A DNA stretch of 64,000 nucleotides from Candidatus Bathyarchaeia archaeon (lineage in GTDB: Archaea > Thermoproteota > Bathyarchaeia > Bathyarchaeales > Bathycorpusculaceae): positions 1 to 64,000 of the forward strand of contig JBEKSS010000002.1 in NCBI GenBank assembly GCA_049516875.1, read 5' to 3'. Shown piece after piece: positions 20,808-30,277 of the stretch. A program made the position numbers and the translations under genes. Below the pieces are notes generated by a model, which did not search any database, had not been told where the DNA came from, and worked only from the letters and a program-made list of their open reading frames with translations. Every line of letters begins with the position of its first letter. Positions within the stretch are counted from its first letter, which is position 1.

Positions 20808-20957
20808 TCACTTCTTTGGTTTTGCCTTTACCTCTTTCATCGGGGCTTCACAGCACATTGGGACGCATACTGGTTCACATTCGCATGCCTCATCAACGAC
20901 TAAGACAAGTCCACATTCTTCACACTTGTATTTCGTACCCTTCTTTGCCTTTGCCAC
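20808..20957 (-). CDS. 49-aa desulforedoxin-like Cys-rich metal-binding protein
   Basis: MAKAKKGTKYKCEECGLVLVVDEACECEPVCVPMCCEAPMKEVKAKPKK, with a GGAGGTGA Shine-Dalgarno and TTTTATAT TATA box upstream. It is not in the ORF track. Confidence 0.8.
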   Translation of the reverse strand: MAKAKKGTKYKCEECGLVLVVDEACECEPVCVPMCCEAPMKEVKAKPKK

Positions 20958-21463
20958 ACCTTCACCTCCTCACTGTTTTGCTGTACAAAAAACTCGTGTT
21001 TCTCTTGGATATAAAAGTATTCAAAAAACATTGCACCGCTTTGAAAGCGCGCGCTAAGAGAGAATACGATGAGCCAAAGCGTAAGGACTATCCATAGCCG
21101 CAAGTCTGTGGAGGAGGGTGTCCGTTAGAACTGCAGAAAGAGATCTACATTTGCAGCGAATCCTAGGTCCTTTTCTTCCTTTTTGGATGTACTAATATTA
21201 GGGTGGAAAGCTTACTTTTGCAGGACTTCTTTCAATTCCATCAACTGCATGACAGAAGGCAACCTTGTTCTGCGCGTGCTACTGCATCGCTTACGGGTAC
21301 TGGGTTGAGAGAGTTGAGACCTGCTTTTTTTAAGCGTGAAATAGGCGTGTATCGTTATCCAAAATAGAGAATGCGTAGTGAGAGGCGTATAGAACTTTGT
21401 GCCATAAGTCTTTTTAACTTAGAAAGAGTACTATATCTTGCGAATTAGTAGGGAGAAAGGAAA

Positions 21464-22921
21464 ATGAGGCATATTAGATATGAAGTTGTATCTTTGATTC
21501 TCATAGCGATGATACTAGGAGGTACAATTGCACTCTTCAGTGCACATGTGCTAGCAGCTCCATGGCAGGGCTATGTTAAACCCGCATTCACGGATTACGC
21601 TCCCAGCGGAATGCCTGATTTTGACGAGAAGCAAGATCTATGGGGCCCAGCCCCAGGTACCTACACGTGGTGTGTTCCGGTGGCTGTTGCGGATTCGTTG
21701 TGGTGGCTCGACTCAGAATACGAATCAATAAACTACTCGAGTCCAGTGGCTCCTCCAACGATTAGTGATCATTTCAACCTCGTCAAAGCCTATGGACCGT
21801 GGGACGATCATAATTCCTCGAACGTTGACCCACTCGTGAGAAACTTGGCTTTGTTGATGCACACTGATGGTCAAGGCATGGGTGGTGGTTGGGTGGGAAC
21901 ACGTTGGATGGATGTCGCACCCGGAATCCAAGCATACCTCGTCCAACAGGGTGTAGATAGCTTGTTCGAGGTTCACCAAATGGATTATCCCGTTTTCCCC
22001 TGGATAGATGCCCAAGTCACGCAGTGTCAGGACGTTGAGCTTTTCCTCGAATTCTGGTACTTCAACCTCGGGACTTGGCAAAAGACGACTAATCCGAACT
22101 TTGAATCCGGCCACTGCGTGGCCGTAGCTGGATCCAATGCCACAACAAACCAGGTGCTCATAAGCGACCCATACTATGACGTGTCCGCCCCCGCAGTCAA
22201 TTCCGCAGTCCACAACGATGCGCAATACGTGTCGCAAGATCCCTATACCACGGCACAAATTGTGTTTCCGCCGCTTCCTATACCGCCAGGGTACCCGCCC
22301 AGTGTGTTGGAGTTGCAGAACTATGGGCTACTCACTAGTGGTGACCCGAACTTGCGTGCGTTCGTAAGAGGTGCTGTTGCAACGTCACCGCTCCCAGTCC
22401 ATGACGTAGCTGTGATCAACCTCACGTCAGCCAAGACTGTTATAGGCAGAGGCTACGGAGGAAACATTACGGTAACAGCTCAAAACCAGGGGAACTTTGC
22501 CGAAACCTTCAACGTCACACATTACGCGAACTCGACTACAATCAATGCACTCAACTTTACCTTGGCAAGTGGAAACAGTGCATCTCAACTTTTCGAGTGG
22601 AACACAACCGCCGGTTTAGCATATGGCAATTACACGCTGAAGGGATGTGCCGATGTGGTTTCGGGAGAAACGGATACCGATGACAACAACTGTACGTGCA
22701 GCTATCCAGTTCACGTGGGTGTTCCTGGTGACGTGTCAGGCACGACCCCTGGAGTGTACGACGGAACCACGAACATGAAGGACATAGCCTACTTGGTCAG
22801 CTTGTTCAACACTAACCCGCATTCGCCGAACTGGCAGCCCAACGCGGACGTAAACAACGATGGCTTCTGCAACATGAAGGACATAGCAATCGCTGTAGTC
22901 TTCTTCAACCAACACGAATAG
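21464..22921 (+). CDS. secreted papain-fold (C39-like) cysteine peptidase with CARDB and dockerin domains
   Basis: Signal peptide, putative triad WCVP / SGHCV / ISDP, HDVAV..L CARDB module and a duplicated Ca-binding dockerin (GDVS..DG..NMKD / ADVNNDG..NMKD). Confidence 0.8.
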   Translation: MRHIRYEVVSLILIAMILGGTIALFSAHVLAAPWQGYVKPAFTDYAPSGMPDFDEKQDLWGPAPGTYTWCVPVAVADSLWWLDSEYESINYSSPVAPPTISDHFNLVKAYGPWDDHNSSNVDPLVRNLALLMHTDGQGMGGGWVGTRWMDVAPGIQAYLVQQGVDSLFEVHQMDYPVFPWIDAQVTQCQDVELFLEFWYFNLGTWQKTTNPNFESGHCVAVAGSNATTNQVLISDPYYDVSAPAVNSAVHNDAQYVSQDPYTTAQIVFPPLPIPPGYPPSVLELQNYGLLTSGDPNLRAFVRGAVATSPLPVHDVAVINLTSAKTVIGRGYGGNITVTAQNQGNFAETFNVTHYANSTTINALNFTLASGNSASQLFEWNTTAGLAYGNYTLKGCADVVSGETDTDDNNCTCSYPVHVGVPGDVSGTTPGVYDGTTNMKDIAYLVSLFNTNPHSPNWQPNADVNNDGFCNMKDIAIAVVFFNQHE

Positions 22922-23059
22922 GTTCAAAACCCACCCCTCTTTTTTCACAGAATGATTTCTGCACCGAAGGTTTTTCCAGACGCCTGTTTGCGCACAACCG
23001 AAGGTCAAAAGCAGATCCTGCTGGTTGCGTAGCCAAAGATACGTTTTTGGGTTCTGCGC

Positions 23060-23326
23060 CTACTTGGTTTGTTTTCGTTTGGTTTGAGGGTGGGCTAGCT
23101 TGAGTTTCTGGGTGTGGCTCAGTTTTTTGATTCTTTTTTCTCTTCTCATTGCTTCTGCTCTCGAGTGAAATTCTTCGACGTGGACCAGCTTCTTTGGTCG
23201 GTGCATTCTTGTGTATCTGGCAGCCTTTCCTTTCTCATGAAGCTTGATGCGGGAATGTAGATTCTTTGTGTAGCCTGTGTAGAAACTGTCCCCCTCGCAA
23301 AGTATGATGTAGACGTAGTAGGGCAT
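23060..23326 (-). CDS. GIY-YIG nuclease (UPF0213)
   Basis: YVYIILC...YTGYT...R...H..GK.ARYT...A.RRE..IK. Confidence 0.92.
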   Translation of the reverse strand: MPYYVYIILCEGDSFYTGYTKNLHSRIKLHEKGKAARYTRMHRPKKLVHVEEFHSRAEAMRREKRIKKLSHTQKLKLAHPQTKRKQTK

Positions 23327-23457
23327 CCGCCATTGGCGCCTCAGTTCGAAATCACGTTTCGCTGTTTTCTTGCTAGATATCTGTAACCGCGATAGTGAGA
23401 TAAAAATTTATAAGAAAAAGTGTATAGTATGGACTCTAAAACTGGCAGGGTTGCGGG

Positions 23458-23658
23458 ATGGTTGACGTGGTGAAACTGAACAAGGTTGACGAAGCTGTGG
23501 TTTCAGCGTTGAAGAAGTCTGAAAAGGGTTTGACGCTCAAGGAGATTGCTGAAAAATGTGGAGAAACGGAGAAGAAGGTTTTCAAGTCTCTGCGCAAACT
23601 GTTTGATAACGAAGTAATTACCTGTGAAAACCATCAGTACCAGCTTACAAACCCTTGA
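23458..23658 (+). CDS. small winged-helix protein
   Basis: GLTLKEIAEKCGETEKKVFKSLRKL helix-turn-helix, with TATA TTTATAA upstream. Confidence 0.75.
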   Translation: MVDVVKLNKVDEAVVSALKKSEKGLTLKEIAEKCGETEKKVFKSLRKLFDNEVITCENHQYQLTNP

Positions 23659-23763
23659 AGCTCATCTGGTGTGCAGGAGAACTGTCACATCCGCGTATTC
23701 GTCTTTTCAAGACATAGTTTTGGAATCTCTAATGAATGCTGTGAGATGCGTGAGGTGACATAG

Positions 23764-24519
23764 TTGACGCGGAAACGCGGTTACAGACGCGGATACTCTG
23801 TTGCCGTTTTAGTCGGTTTGGAGGAGGACTGTGCAGTCTTGTGGCGGGTCTTCAGCAACGTGGTTAAGCCCTTTGTCAGGCTGAGATTGGATGGAACGAG
23901 AGCGGACGGAAAGGCCCTTTACAACTTTCATGAAGCAATAGTGGAGGCTTTGAGGCCTGCGCTCAAGGAGGGAGTGAAGAGCATCGTCGTTGCTGCTCCC
24001 ATGAAAACCAGTTATGCTAATGTCTTTCTTGATCATGTGCGGAAGCATGATGCGTGGCTAGTTCAGGCGAAGGGACCGAATTCCGTGGCCTTCGGCATGG
24101 TTGTTGGCTCTGCCTGTGAACTTCACGAAGTAACTGAGCTGGTGAAGACAAAGCGTTTCCGCGACTTGATGAGCGAAACCACATCGGCAGGTGCTGACCG
24201 GACCGTGGACACGTTGGAAAAGTGGCTCAGCGAATTTGCAGACGATGCAAAGGTACTGTATTCGCTTGAAGAGGCGGAGGATTTGGTCTATGGTCAATGG
24301 ACAAAGGGCGGAATCAAGCCTGAATGCGTGATGCTTACGAACGAATATCTGACGAACCATAAAGAAAGGAACAGGGTTAACAGACTCTTGCAGATTTCAA
24401 ACAACAAGAACGTCAAAACCGTAATTGTTGGCGCCGACACTCCAGCTGGCATTCGATTGACCCAATTCGGAGGCTTTGTTTGCCTCGCGAGATCAACGCG
24501 GACGGACAGTTCGCACTGA
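23764..24519 (+). CDS. Pelota/aRF1-related protein (middle and C-terminal domains only)
   Basis: IVVAAP, KVLYSLEE and VIVGADTPAGIRLTQFGGFVCLAR resemble the eRF1_2 and eRF1_3 domains. Confidence 0.65.
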   Translation: MTRKRGYRRGYSVAVLVGLEEDCAVLWRVFSNVVKPFVRLRLDGTRADGKALYNFHEAIVEALRPALKEGVKSIVVAAPMKTSYANVFLDHVRKHDAWLVQAKGPNSVAFGMVVGSACELHEVTELVKTKRFRDLMSETTSAGADRTVDTLEKWLSEFADDAKVLYSLEEAEDLVYGQWTKGGIKPECVMLTNEYLTNHKERNRVNRLLQISNNKNVKTVIVGADTPAGIRLTQFGGFVCLARSTRTDSSH

Positions 24520-24540
24520 TCCTTTCGATGTCAACTTGAA

Positions 24541-25296
24541 TTATTGTGATGTGTCTGCTCCCGTTTCTTCTCTGAATTGCAGTCTGTAGAATGAGCTGTA
24601 GAGGCCTTTTCTGCGCATCAACTCCTCGTGAGTGCCCCTCTCCACTATCGCGCCGTCGTCGATGGTTAATATTTCATCGCAAAGCCTGATGGTTGAAAGG
24701 CGGTGGGCGATTATTATCGTCATTCTGTTGAGCATCAGTTTCTTCAGGGCTCTCTGTATCACCAGTTCGGTGTAGGCGTCGACTGAGGATGTTGCCTCGT
24801 CCAGCACTAGGATTTCCGGATTTGCGACCAGTGTTCTGGCGAAGCTTATGAGTTGTCTTTGGCCTATAGATATGTTTGAAGATCCTTCCTGTATAACGTA
24901 GTCGTAATCGTTGGGAAGCTTCATTATGAAATCGTGGGCACCGATGGATTTTGCTGCTTCTACGATTTCTTGGTCTGATGCTTCGAGTTTCCCGAATCTT
25001 ATGTTTTCCTTTATGGAGACTGAAAAGAGAAACGAGTCTTGTAGCACTATGCTTATGCGCCCTCTCAAAGATTCAAGCGGGATGTCTCTTATGTCGTGCC
25101 CGTTGATGAGTATTCTGCCTTGGCCTGGATCGTAGAATCTGGCCAGAAGGTTGATTATTGTGCTTTTTCCAGCGCCCGTCTGGCCGACAATCGCGAGTTT
25201 CATGTTGCGTTTTAGGACGAAGCTGATGTCCTTTAAAACTGGGACGTCTATGTCATACGCGAAATTGACGTTTTCAAATTTGACTTCTTCTATCAT
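24541..25296 (-). CDS. ABC exporter nucleotide-binding domain (split from the upstream TMD)
   Basis: GQTGAGKST, ISIGQRQ, VLDEATS and IAHR motifs. Confidence 0.88.
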   Translation of the reverse strand: MIEEVKFENVNFAYDIDVPVLKDISFVLKRNMKLAIVGQTGAGKSTIINLLARFYDPGQGRILINGHDIRDIPLESLRGRISIVLQDSFLFSVSIKENIRFGKLEASDQEIVEAAKSIGAHDFIMKLPNDYDYVIQEGSSNISIGQRQLISFARTLVANPEILVLDEATSSVDAYTELVIQRALKKLMLNRMTIIIAHRLSTIRLCDEILTIDDGAIVERGTHEELMRRKGLYSSFYRLQFREETGADTSQ

Positions 25297-26354
25297 TGTA
25301 ATGTGATACTCCTTTCAGGCGGTGCGTCCACGACCTCTACTTTTGTGTCTATCACGTCGAACATTCTTTCAATTGCAGACATGGTTGACTGATACTGGTC
25401 GTACATGGTTACAAGGTCAACCAGCGGCATGAAATACGAGAACTGATACTCGGTGAAAGCTACAAGAATTCCTAACGAGATTGTTCCATACAACAAAGCG
25501 TTGACGCCGTAGAACAGGATTATCATGGTTCCAACCAGCCTTAATGCCATTACGAACGGCGTGTATGATGAGCCTATAAGGATGGCTCTGATGGTTGCCT
25601 TAACGTTTTCGTCTTGGCTTTTCTGGAACTTCTTTTCTGTTTCCTTCTCCTGTGCGTAGGCTTGCGTGACTTTTATGCCTGCAAGGTCTTCCTGCATCCT
25701 CCCGGTCAACCCTGAAGTCGTGATTAACGTTCTCCTGTAAGCAGCTCTTGAGTATTTTCCAAGAAACCAGACTAGCACGAGGGCCACAGGCAGAACCGAA
25801 ATGGCAAGAAGTGACAGCCGAAGGTCGAGATAGAACATTATGGTGAAGGCACCTAGTATCGAGGAGATGTCTATGAGAATGCTCGTGAGTCCCAATCTGA
25901 GGAATATTCTGACGGTATTGGCGTCGTTCGTCGGGCGGGAGATAATTCTTCCAATTTCACCTTCTGAAAAATACCTGAGAGAAACGACTTGCAGTTTATC
26001 CATCATATCGTCTCTCATCTTTGCGACTACTTTTTCTCCAACTACTCGCATCTGATAGGTTTGGATGTACTGAAACACGTAGTTGCCCAGAATAATGGCG
26101 GCGAATAGGGGTATCCACCATATGAAGCCTGAAAGGTTCTTAGGCGTAATTATTTGGTCGATGGCTATTGCGTGCATGTAGGGTGCGGCCAGTCCAGTCA
26201 GTGCACCGGCTACCGTGGCCGATACGCCGATTATGAGGTTTCTTCTGTGAGCTTGAGCGTAACCGTAGACTCTTCTGATCATAACCCGGTCAGGGACGGT
26301 TCTTTTTCTCTTTTCTTCCTGTTTTGTGGAAAACGTTCCGTATGAACCTGACAC
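25293..26354 (-). CDS. ABC exporter transmembrane domain
   Basis: Six-TM ABC_membrane pattern ending with the linker SAIERMFDVID. Confidence 0.88.
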   Translation of the reverse strand: MSGSYGTFSTKQEEKRKRTVPDRVMIRRVYGYAQAHRRNLIIGVSATVAGALTGLAAPYMHAIAIDQIITPKNLSGFIWWIPLFAAIILGNYVFQYIQTYQMRVVGEKVVAKMRDDMMDKLQVVSLRYFSEGEIGRIISRPTNDANTVRIFLRLGLTSILIDISSILGAFTIMFYLDLRLSLLAISVLPVALVLVWFLGKYSRAAYRRTLITTSGLTGRMQEDLAGIKVTQAYAQEKETEKKFQKSQDENVKATIRAILIGSSYTPFVMALRLVGTMIILFYGVNALLYGTISLGILVAFTEYQFSYFMPLVDLVTMYDQYQSTMSAIERMFDVIDTKVEVVDAPPERSITLQ

Positions 26355-28198
26355 TAGGCACCACCTGTTTCCTCTAGAATGGGCGAAGCTTTTTGGACAA
26401 ACTGTGTTTCATAGACCTTTTTGTACACGCCGTTCTTTGCTATGAGCTCGTCGTGCGTGCCGAATTCAGCTACTGAACCGTTTTCAAGGACCAGTATCTT
26501 CTTAGCAGTCTTTATTGTTGAGAATCTCTGCGCGATTATGAGGGTCGTCCTCGTCTTTGTTGCTTCTTCAATTGCAGATTGAATTTCCTGCTCCGTTCTA
26601 GCGTCTACGAAAGAGAGCGAGTCGTCCATTATCAGCATCTTCGGGTTGCTCACGAGCGCTCTGGCTATGGTCATTCTCTGCTTCTGTCCTCCCGAAAGCG
26701 TCAACCCTCTCTCTCCCACGGGCGTGTCGTAGCCTGTTGGAAGGGATTCGATGAAATCGTGTATTTTGGCCGTCTTAGCGGCTTGCACTATTTCATCCGT
26801 TGAAGCGTCAGGCTTGCCGAATGCAATATTCTCTCTAATAGTTCCAGAGAACAGGAAAACGTCCTGTAGCACCACGCCTATTTGCCGTCTGAGGGAAGCA
26901 AGCTTTAATTGGCGTATGTCTGTGCCATCTATCTTTATGCTGCCTGATTGGATGTCATAGAACCTTGGAATTAGGTAGATCAGAGAGCTCTTTCCGGATC
27001 CTGTTGCGCCTAGTATCGCTATTTTTTCACCGGCCTGCACAGTAAAAGTGACGTTGTTTAACACAGGCCTGTCTTTTACGTACCCAAAGGTCACGTTTTC
27101 CAGTTCAAGCTGTCCTTTTTCTATCTTTACGTCTTTGGCGTCAGGCATATCTTCAACGTTTCTCGGCGTGTCTGTGATTTCAAAGATTCTTTCCAGTCCA
27201 GCGTAGGCTGCGATCCATGTTCCGAGAGTCTGGCTTGCGTCCCTTATGGGAAAGGTTAGTCTCATCATGTATCTCGCAAAGAGGATGATGTCACCGACTT
27301 GAGCAACCGCCAAGGCTGAGCCCGGAATGCCCAGTGTGTATCCTGCGTACACGTAGACCAAGGCTATTCCCAACGTGAGTATCGCTGGACCGAGTGGCAT
27401 GTAGATTGATTGTATCTTGCCAGCGCTGATCGCTGTGTTCACATATATGTCTTCTACTTCTTTGAATCCGTCAACAACATCTTTTTCTCGACGGAATATC
27501 CTGACTGTTTTCATTCCCACGATGTTTTGTTGTATGTAGGAACCCAGTCTTCCTATGATTAGCTGCATGTTTCTGAAGAGGGGCATTGTGTCTGTCCAGA
27601 GGCGTGCCGTGAAATAGAAGATGAACGGCATCGTGGCCATGGAAATCAGGGTCATGATTGGACTTATTGGGAGGATTATCACGATAATGATGATTGTCGT
27701 GAAGACAGCATTGAGAACAGTGCCTAGCCATGTTCTTAGAAACGCGTCAACCAGTTGAAGGTCTACTGTGGCTCTTGACGTGAGGTCACCAACGCCCACA
27801 GAATCGTAGAAACTGAAGGATTTGCTCTGGAGTGAACGGTAGTATTCCGTTCTTATGTCTCGCACTATGTACTGAGACATTACTCCATGCACGAAAGTCA
27901 AGATAAAGTTTGAGATAGCAAAGCCTATTCCGGCCAGTATGATGACGAGTAAGTAGCCCGGCAATAGACTGGTGTTGGTCGGCGGTCCGATGACGTTGAT
28001 TATGATGTAAGCGGTGTACAATGGTTCGATCGAGAACAGAATGGATCTTATCACTGCGAGAACGGTTATCGCCGCGACGTACCATGGATATCTACTGTGG
28101 TACTTCATCAGCCTCCTAAAAGCCGAAAAGGACTGCGTGAAACCCTTTCGCGTTTTAAGCGACTTAGCATAATCCAGGAGAGGCTTTGCTATGCTCAT
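26354..28198 (-). CDS. heterodimeric ABC exporter subunit (TMD plus degenerate NBD)
   Basis: GATGSGKS and LSGGQKQR are present, with Walker B MDD and switch IAQR (degenerate site, TM287-like). Confidence 0.92.
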   Translation of the reverse strand: MSIAKPLLDYAKSLKTRKGFTQSFSAFRRLMKYHSRYPWYVAAITVLAVIRSILFSIEPLYTAYIIINVIGPPTNTSLLPGYLLVIILAGIGFAISNFILTFVHGVMSQYIVRDIRTEYYRSLQSKSFSFYDSVGVGDLTSRATVDLQLVDAFLRTWLGTVLNAVFTTIIIIVIILPISPIMTLISMATMPFIFYFTARLWTDTMPLFRNMQLIIGRLGSYIQQNIVGMKTVRIFRREKDVVDGFKEVEDIYVNTAISAGKIQSIYMPLGPAILTLGIALVYVYAGYTLGIPGSALAVAQVGDIILFARYMMRLTFPIRDASQTLGTWIAAYAGLERIFEITDTPRNVEDMPDAKDVKIEKGQLELENVTFGYVKDRPVLNNVTFTVQAGEKIAILGATGSGKSSLIYLIPRFYDIQSGSIKIDGTDIRQLKLASLRRQIGVVLQDVFLFSGTIRENIAFGKPDASTDEIVQAAKTAKIHDFIESLPTGYDTPVGERGLTLSGGQKQRMTIARALVSNPKMLIMDDSLSFVDARTEQEIQSAIEEATKTRTTLIIAQRFSTIKTAKKILVLENGSVAEFGTHDELIAKNGVYKKVYETQFVQKASPILEETGGA

Positions 28199-28388
28199 TA
28201 TGGTCTTGGCATAGTGGATACAAGTTGAATCGATATAAACATTTTCAAACGATTCTAGATTCTTTAATCGATCAAACTGAATGCAGGCAAGTCCGCCTGT
28301 GCTAGCCAAGCTTGTCTAGATTCGCGGTTGATCATCCGTTAATGATGTGCTGGCAAGTGCGTTGAGGGAAGGCTCGAATGTTCATATG

Positions 28389-28829
28389 CTAGTTTCTGGA
28401 TTTTGCCATTTCTGCAATTTTCGCTTTAATCTCGTCATAAACGTTCTTTGCTGCGTCCACTTGGAGAAAGTAAGGGTCTTCAATGCTCCACACGACCACT
28501 CTGTCCTTACAGTCTGGACATCTTATAATGACGGCGTCTTTGTGTCTCTGTTCCATGGCCACGATAAGGTCGTACTCGGTGAGCCGTTTGGTATCCAGAC
28601 TTTCAGGCGCTTTCTTGAGGTACTGCTCAGCTCTCTCTTTCCTCAAGTATGACTTCACTTCTTCTGAGACTGGAATGGCAACTTGTAGTCCTGCGGAATC
28701 CACTTTCCAGTCCGGTCTCAACTTCTTCAACAAGGCTTCGGCAAGTGGGCTTCGATGAGCATTTCCAGAACAAACGAACAGCACTTTCAATCTGTCTTCT
28801 TTCCCAAACGGTTCTTGAGGCCCTATCAA
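28389..28829 (-). CDS. low-molecular-weight phosphatase / ArsC family protein
   Basis: VLFVCSGNAHRSPLAE (CX5R), DSAG and WSIEDPY. Confidence 0.9.
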   Translation of the reverse strand: MIGPQEPFGKEDRLKVLFVCSGNAHRSPLAEALLKKLRPDWKVDSAGLQVAIPVSEEVKSYLRKERAEQYLKKAPESLDTKRLTEYDLIVAMEQRHKDAVIIRCPDCKDRVVVWSIEDPYFLQVDAAKNVYDEIKAKIAEMAKSRN

Positions 28830-28945
28830 TGAAGTCCATACTTAAAAACAGTTGACGAACGCGGGAGAGCCACTTCCAACGCGCCTGCGCGTAACTCTTC
28901 TGTCAAAACAGGCCAAGGACATAGCTTTCATGCACACGAAGAGAA

Positions 28946-29034
28946 TGGCGCGGGGTGTGGGATTTGAACCCACGCGGCCATTACTGACCACAGACTTAGC
29001 AGGCCTGCCCCCTACCAGGCTAGGGCAACCCCGC
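28946..29034 (-). tRNA. tRNA-Ser(GCT)
   Basis: GCGGGGT acceptor stem, anticodon loop CT-GCT-AA, long variable arm, GGTTCAAATCC and encoded CCA. Confidence 0.96.
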
Positions 29035-29158
29035 CCCGTTTTTCGTTGACTCCGCAGTTTTCTAGGTGTTTGTTCTTTATTTGCGTTTTCTGAAGTAAGC
29101 ATGCGCGATGGACCCCAAGCTTGCTTACTTGCCCTTTTATTGTTAGTGAATATCCCGC

Positions 29159-29848
29159 CTATGCTAGAAGAACAGCTATGATGCCGGTTAGAAAAATGCC
29201 GTCGAACGTGCCTGCTCCGCCTATGCTTGCAACGGGTGCACCGAGTTTGGGAATGCGGTTGAGGTTAGACAGATCGGCGCCTATGAGTGTTCCCAAGACG
29301 CCAGATACATAGGCAATAACTCTTGGTGCGCCTGGAGAAAGAATATAGGCCGATAGGGCAGCAACTAAAGGGGGAATGAAGACCGGTGTGCTGATGCCTA
29401 CTCCCTTGACGGGTCTCGCAACGATGTGGGTCACTAGAGCGACAACAGCAACGCCTACTAGGGCATAAAACATGGCTGACGGCACCTTCCATAACAGATA
29501 GGATGAAACAAAAGTGGGTATCAACGCTCCTCCGACGTTGACGGCTACCATCGTCGTTGTCTCACCATATTCTGCTTTTGGGATTCGATAGATAATGCCA
29601 AAGTAACTGGCAAACTCTTCCCTTATTATTGGGATTTTGGTTTTGAGCTTCAGAATCGGGATGTTAATGAAGCTTCCAATGAGAGTGGCAACTAGAATTA
29701 AGGCGGTGATGGCTGGACTGAATCCAACGTCCTCGAAGGCTACTCCGACGACTCCTATAAAAATCAAACCTACTACTAGGACAAGAATCAGCGCCAAAAC
29801 TGCGAACACCAAGAAATTGTGAGGAAAATAGATGGTTTTCCTGCTCAT
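29159..29848 (-). CDS. DUF1614 family membrane protein
   Basis: GSFINIP, AVNVGGALIP, LGTLIGADL and SIGGAGTFDGIF motifs. Confidence 0.88.
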   Translation of the reverse strand: MSRKTIYFPHNFLVFAVLALILVLVVGLIFIGVVGVAFEDVGFSPAITALILVATLIGSFINIPILKLKTKIPIIREEFASYFGIIYRIPKAEYGETTTMVAVNVGGALIPTFVSSYLLWKVPSAMFYALVGVAVVALVTHIVARPVKGVGISTPVFIPPLVAALSAYILSPGAPRVIAYVSGVLGTLIGADLSNLNRIPKLGAPVASIGGAGTFDGIFLTGIIAVLLA

Positions 29849-30070
29849 GACTCCGCAGCCTTGCGTTTCACTTCTCAAGAAGTCAGATTCTTGTTCTAGC
29901 GTATTAATATAGTATCTGCCAAGAATGCTAAGGTCGAGCGCAATGCTGCAAGACGCAACGGGTCAATGTTGCATATCCTCAATCTAGATTTCAACTCGTG
30001 GGCTCTCATGCCGAAGTCGTCCCAGCACCTTTCGTGCACTTTGCCCAGTCTTCGAATCTGTACCGCTTCC

Positions 30071-30277
30071 TCAAATGGTGGGCATAACTTTTTTTGGAAG
30101 GTCGTGAACGTGTCTTTTTAATCGCACTCGACTGTGACAGTGGGGACACATTTGAGAACCTGAACTATTCGATGCTAAGGCTGTTTTTGAAATCCAACGC
30201 TGGCAATGGCCACAGTATGCACAATTATCATACTTCCAATTCATCGTGATTACCTGCTGAGCGCGGCCTACGTTCAT
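30071..30277 (-). CDS. small zinc-finger protein
   Basis: CGHC...CPHC, translationally coupled to the HtrA stop codon. Confidence 0.55.
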   Translation of the reverse strand: MNVGRAQQVITMNWKYDNCAYCGHCQRWISKTALASNSSGSQMCPHCHSRVRLKRHVHDLPKKVMPTI

